From positions 1-64,000 of IMG/VR virus record IMGVR_UViG_3300019370_000055: a stretch of DNA of 64,000 nucleotides; one strand, written 5' to 3'. The notes under the pieces were generated by a model. The model searched no databases, was not told where the DNA came from, and worked only from the letters and a program-made list of their open reading frames with translations. The position numbers and the translations under genes were made by a program. The stretch is from a virus. Its lineage: Duplodnaviria > Caudoviricetes. The first letter of the stretch is position 1, and every line of letters begins with the position of its first letter. This document shows positions 60,774-64,000 of the stretch, piece by piece.

Positions 60774-61232
60774 TTGATTAAAGTGAAATGTTCACAATGC
60801 GGAAAAATCATTTCAAACAAGCGTTATGGAGGATTGTGTCAGGGTTGTTACAAGTATTTCAAAAATGGTGGAAAGATACATGACATTCCAGCAGCGGGAA
60901 CAATCGCTTATGACAATCGGGGAAAAATCATATGTCACATTTGCGGAAAATCCTTTGTGCGATTAGGAAGTCATGTACGGGAAAGTCACGGAATGACCAT
61001 TGATGAATACAAAGAGCGTTTCGGATTATGTCATAGTGCAAGAACTACAGAACAAAACTATTCTAACATAATGCGGAAACACGCAAAAGAAAATGGAATG
61101 GTGCAACAGATTTTAGACGCTGGAAAAGGTACACGGATCAAAAAAGGTGAAACACATTTGAGAAAAGGAAAGAAAGTAAGATTGCAAGAAATTATTAATA
61201 GCAATTTGCGCAAGCGGAAAAATCACAAGTAA
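60774..61232 (+). CDS. Ros/MucR-like zinc-finger protein
   Basis: IICHICGKSFVRLGSHVRESHGMTIDEYKERFGL matches the Ros/MucR finger pattern. Confidence 0.7.
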   Translation: MIKVKCSQCGKIISNKRYGGLCQGCYKYFKNGGKIHDIPAAGTIAYDNRGKIICHICGKSFVRLGSHVRESHGMTIDEYKERFGLCHSARTTEQNYSNIMRKHAKENGMVQQILDAGKGTRIKKGETHLRKGKKVRLQEIINSNLRKRKNHK

Positions 61233-61272
61233 CTACAAACCAAAATTAACAATTATAAAGGAGAATATTACA

Positions 61273-62388
61273 ATGAATAGACTTAATGTACAGTGGACAG
61301 CAAAGACTCTTGTTAATCAGATGAAGCGTGGAAACGTCAACTTTGACAATGCGGTGCAGCGTGGCCTTGTGTGGGACGTGGAAAAGAAGTCCCTCCTTAT
61401 TCACAGTATGATTTACGGCTATGCAATCCCCGCTATGTATTTCACACGTGACGAGAATAAGATTTATGACAGTCTGGATGGAAAGCAGCGGAGTAATGCA
61501 ATCTGTGAGTTTATCAGTGACGAGTTTGCACTTTCCACCAATACGCCTCCTGTTTTTGATGATGATGGAAACGTGGAGGACATTAGCGGAATGACGTTTA
61601 GCCAGTTGCCCGAATGGGTACAGGATCGGATTAACGAGTATTCCCTTACGATTTACTACTATGAAGATATGACGGAGCAGGAGATCAGGGAGTTCTTCAG
61701 GCGGTTGAATAATGGTAAGCCCTTGACGGCGGTTGAGTTGACCAGAGTAAATACGCCTTGTCTGGTAGTGTTCCAGCAGCTTGCAGGGCATGACGCTATC
61801 CAGAATGTTGTTACAGCAGCGGGCAAAAAGCGGTTTACCGATGAAAACATTGCAATGCAGCTTTATCATATGGCAACTGTGGAAAACCCGGACTTCTCCA
61901 CCAAATCTTTCCGTGAATGGGCAAAGTCTGTACAGACTGACGATGATACTATCGGAAAAATCCAGTCTGGCCTTGACGCTTACAGCGCATTCCTTGAGAG
62001 TCTTGATCCTACCGATGATAAGAAAATCCTTCGGGCAGTAAAGACACGGACGCATTTTGTAAGCTGTGCTTACTATTGCTATCTGGCAGTACAGGAGGAA
62101 AAGACGCAGGACGAGATTAACCAGACGTTGCGGACGTTCTTTAGCGGAAATCCTTCTACTTCCGATGATTATAACAAGACTGTCGGTAGTGGTAGTGCGA
62201 AGCCCGGAGCAGTTCAGACACGGCAGCGGATTATGCGGGAATTGGCTGGTGTAAAGGTGCGGGAGGAAAATAACGTAGAGGATCAGAATGCAGTACAGGA
62301 TCAGGAGCCGTTGAATGATGGCGAAGCGGAAAATCATGATGAATCTGGTGAGCAGCTTACTATTACAGATGGAGAAAAGCAGGAGTAA
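61273..62388 (+). CDS. DUF262 (ParB/Srx-like, GmrSD N-terminal) domain protein
   Basis: QRGLVW...LIHSM..GYAIP...LDGKQR...FRRLNNGKPL motifs; acidic tail; no nuclease domain seen. Confidence 0.85.
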   Translation: MNRLNVQWTAKTLVNQMKRGNVNFDNAVQRGLVWDVEKKSLLIHSMIYGYAIPAMYFTRDENKIYDSLDGKQRSNAICEFISDEFALSTNTPPVFDDDGNVEDISGMTFSQLPEWVQDRINEYSLTIYYYEDMTEQEIREFFRRLNNGKPLTAVELTRVNTPCLVVFQQLAGHDAIQNVVTAAGKKRFTDENIAMQLYHMATVENPDFSTKSFREWAKSVQTDDDTIGKIQSGLDAYSAFLESLDPTDDKKILRAVKTRTHFVSCAYYCYLAVQEEKTQDEINQTLRTFFSGNPSTSDDYNKTVGSGSAKPGAVQTRQRIMRELAGVKVREENNVEDQNAVQDQEPLNDGEAENHDESGEQLTITDGEKQE

Positions 62389-62441
62389 GCTATAGCGGAA
62401 AAGCTGACCTATCGGCTATACGGGGAGAAAGGAATTAAACA

Positions 62442-63657
62442 ATGCGAAAAATATCTAATAAAGAAAAGATTATTTATCAAAATCAAAATGGGAAAATTAT
62501 TGCCATTGAAAATATGATGTTTGGTGGAACACGATATATCTTACTGAATGCAGATGGAAATTATGTACAAGATTTAATAGTTCCATTTGCTGTAGCAGAT
62601 TATTTATGAAGGAGAATTAAGATGATTAGATGTAATAATTGCGGAAAAATATTTATGAATGAAGAAGATATACCTATTCTTATTGAATGGGAAAACGGGG
62701 AAACAAAAATATTGGAGGTTGGAAAATTTACAAAGCCCGGAGGTGAGACATTTAGAGGCTGTCCGCATTGTATGACGGATATGTATTTGATGGATATGGA
62801 GGATAATGAAAATGCGAGTTAAAACGGTTTATGTCAAAGACAAGCAGCGTCTTAATTTGAGCAGTTTTCCGAATTTCAGTGTGACAGGCAGTATTGCGGG
62901 AATGAAGAAAAAATACTATGGTGAGGACGCATTACTTGTTCGTTGTGGCAGTTGGATTTATAACGTAACCAGTAGACCAGACATTTACTATGGTGAGGCA
63001 CATTAAATAAGGAGACTGGAAAAATGGATCGTATCAAATTAGGTATTAATCATGAAAAGTTGGCAGAGCAAGGTTGGAGTTTTGAAGATTGGAGCGATAT
63101 TTATTCTTACATAAGCGGACTTGTGGATTGGCTGGAAAGTCACAACAAAAATTACACAAAAGAACAATATCATAAGATTGTTATTTTAAAGGAAATTCTG
63201 GATTGTATTGATTATGGAGTATAGGCAGTAATGCCAGAAAGGACAAAGTAAAAATGGATAGATGGACGAAAAAACAACTTGAAGAAATGAACGATTTAGA
63301 TTTTGCGATTTGTATTTTGACGGAGCGGAGAAATAAAGTAAGCCCTTATTCTCCATTAGGTTTGAAATTAGATCAAGCACGACGCACATTAAATAAAATA
63401 AGAAATGAAAAGGTTGGTATGTCATTATTGCCTATAAGGGAGGAATTGGAAAAGTGACCAGTATTGTATATCAAGATAGAGTTGGCGGTTTAATGTACAT
63501 ATATCAACCTAAATATCCAGCACAGCGTAGTTTGTTTGAACAAAAGCGTACAGAACGGATTATTGCAGCACTGGAAGAATTAAAGCATATTGGAAACATT
63601 AATGTCTTTCTTTATAAGAAAGGTAAGTTGCGGAAAATTGCAGAACACAAAATATAG
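62442..63657 (+). other. Cluster of small hypothetical genes (62622-62822, 62806-63006, 63024-63224, 63254-63457, 63454-63657 and one near 62442)
   Basis: ORF track and RBS spacing. Confidence 0.65.
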
Positions 63658-63667
63658 GAGGTTTAAA

Positions 63668-63823
63668 ATGCAAGTATATATTGTTTGTGGCGGTTGTGTA
63701 GACGATCATCATATCATTGCTGTGTATAAATCATAAAAGAAAGCGGAAAAGCGTGTAGAGCAGGAAAATAAAGAATGCAAAGGGCTTCATGCTTATATTG
63801 AAGTATATGAAATTTCAAAATAG
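63668..63823 (+). pseudogene. Small ORF with internal TAA
   Basis: AGGAGG-led MQVYIVCGGCVDDHHIIAVYKS*KKAEKRVEQENKECKGLHAYIEVYEISK*; internal stop at 63734-63736. Confidence 0.55.
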
Positions 63824-64000
63824 AGGAGGAAATCACAGTGGATAGTATTAAAGCTATGGCAATTTTTACAGAAATATTAAAGGCCGGAAATGTGGATCAA
63901 CATATGGACGAAATTAAAGATTGTTGCAATAATATGTTAAATGATGAATTAAGAAATGTTGCATTGGAATTGATTAAGTCAGTTTACACGAACTGTAGAT

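Noticed and set aside
1-64000. CRISPR array, rRNA or IS element
   Set aside because: No regularly spaced direct repeats, rRNA-like sequence or transposase seen.

Overview
This window is part of a large SPbeta-like siphophage or prophage genome. A Firmicutes (probably clostridial) host is inferred from the AGGAGG ribosome-binding sites and sigmaA-type promoters. From ~53.7 kb leftward nearly all genes are on the minus strand. In order they are: tyrosine recombinase, UvrD/PcrA helicase, cysteine desulfurase, HNH endonuclease, macrodomain protein, YonO-type single-subunit RNA polymerase, ClpP/PhoH/phosphoesterase/HU, five tRNAs, terminase, portal, capsid and tail module, and finally a diversity-generating retroelement (target tail fibre with VR, avd, TR, and an RT that runs off the window). 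From ~54.5 kb rightward is a plus-strand run of small, probably early genes. The most striking feature is the tape-measure gene. It is split by a 1045-nt group I intron-like element whose 25-nt internal guide pairs across a precise in-frame exon junction, whose P7 appears interrupted by a hairpin, and which carries an antisense zinc-ribbon cargo gene with its own promoter instead of a homing endonuclease. Other signals are a probable -1 frameshift extending the major tail protein, a G7 frameshift in clpP, a 10-copy asymmetric 16-bp operator-like motif, a strongly strand-biased GCGGAAA word in the early region, and several candidate structured RNAs. All calls were made by eye from the sequence; no database searches were run.
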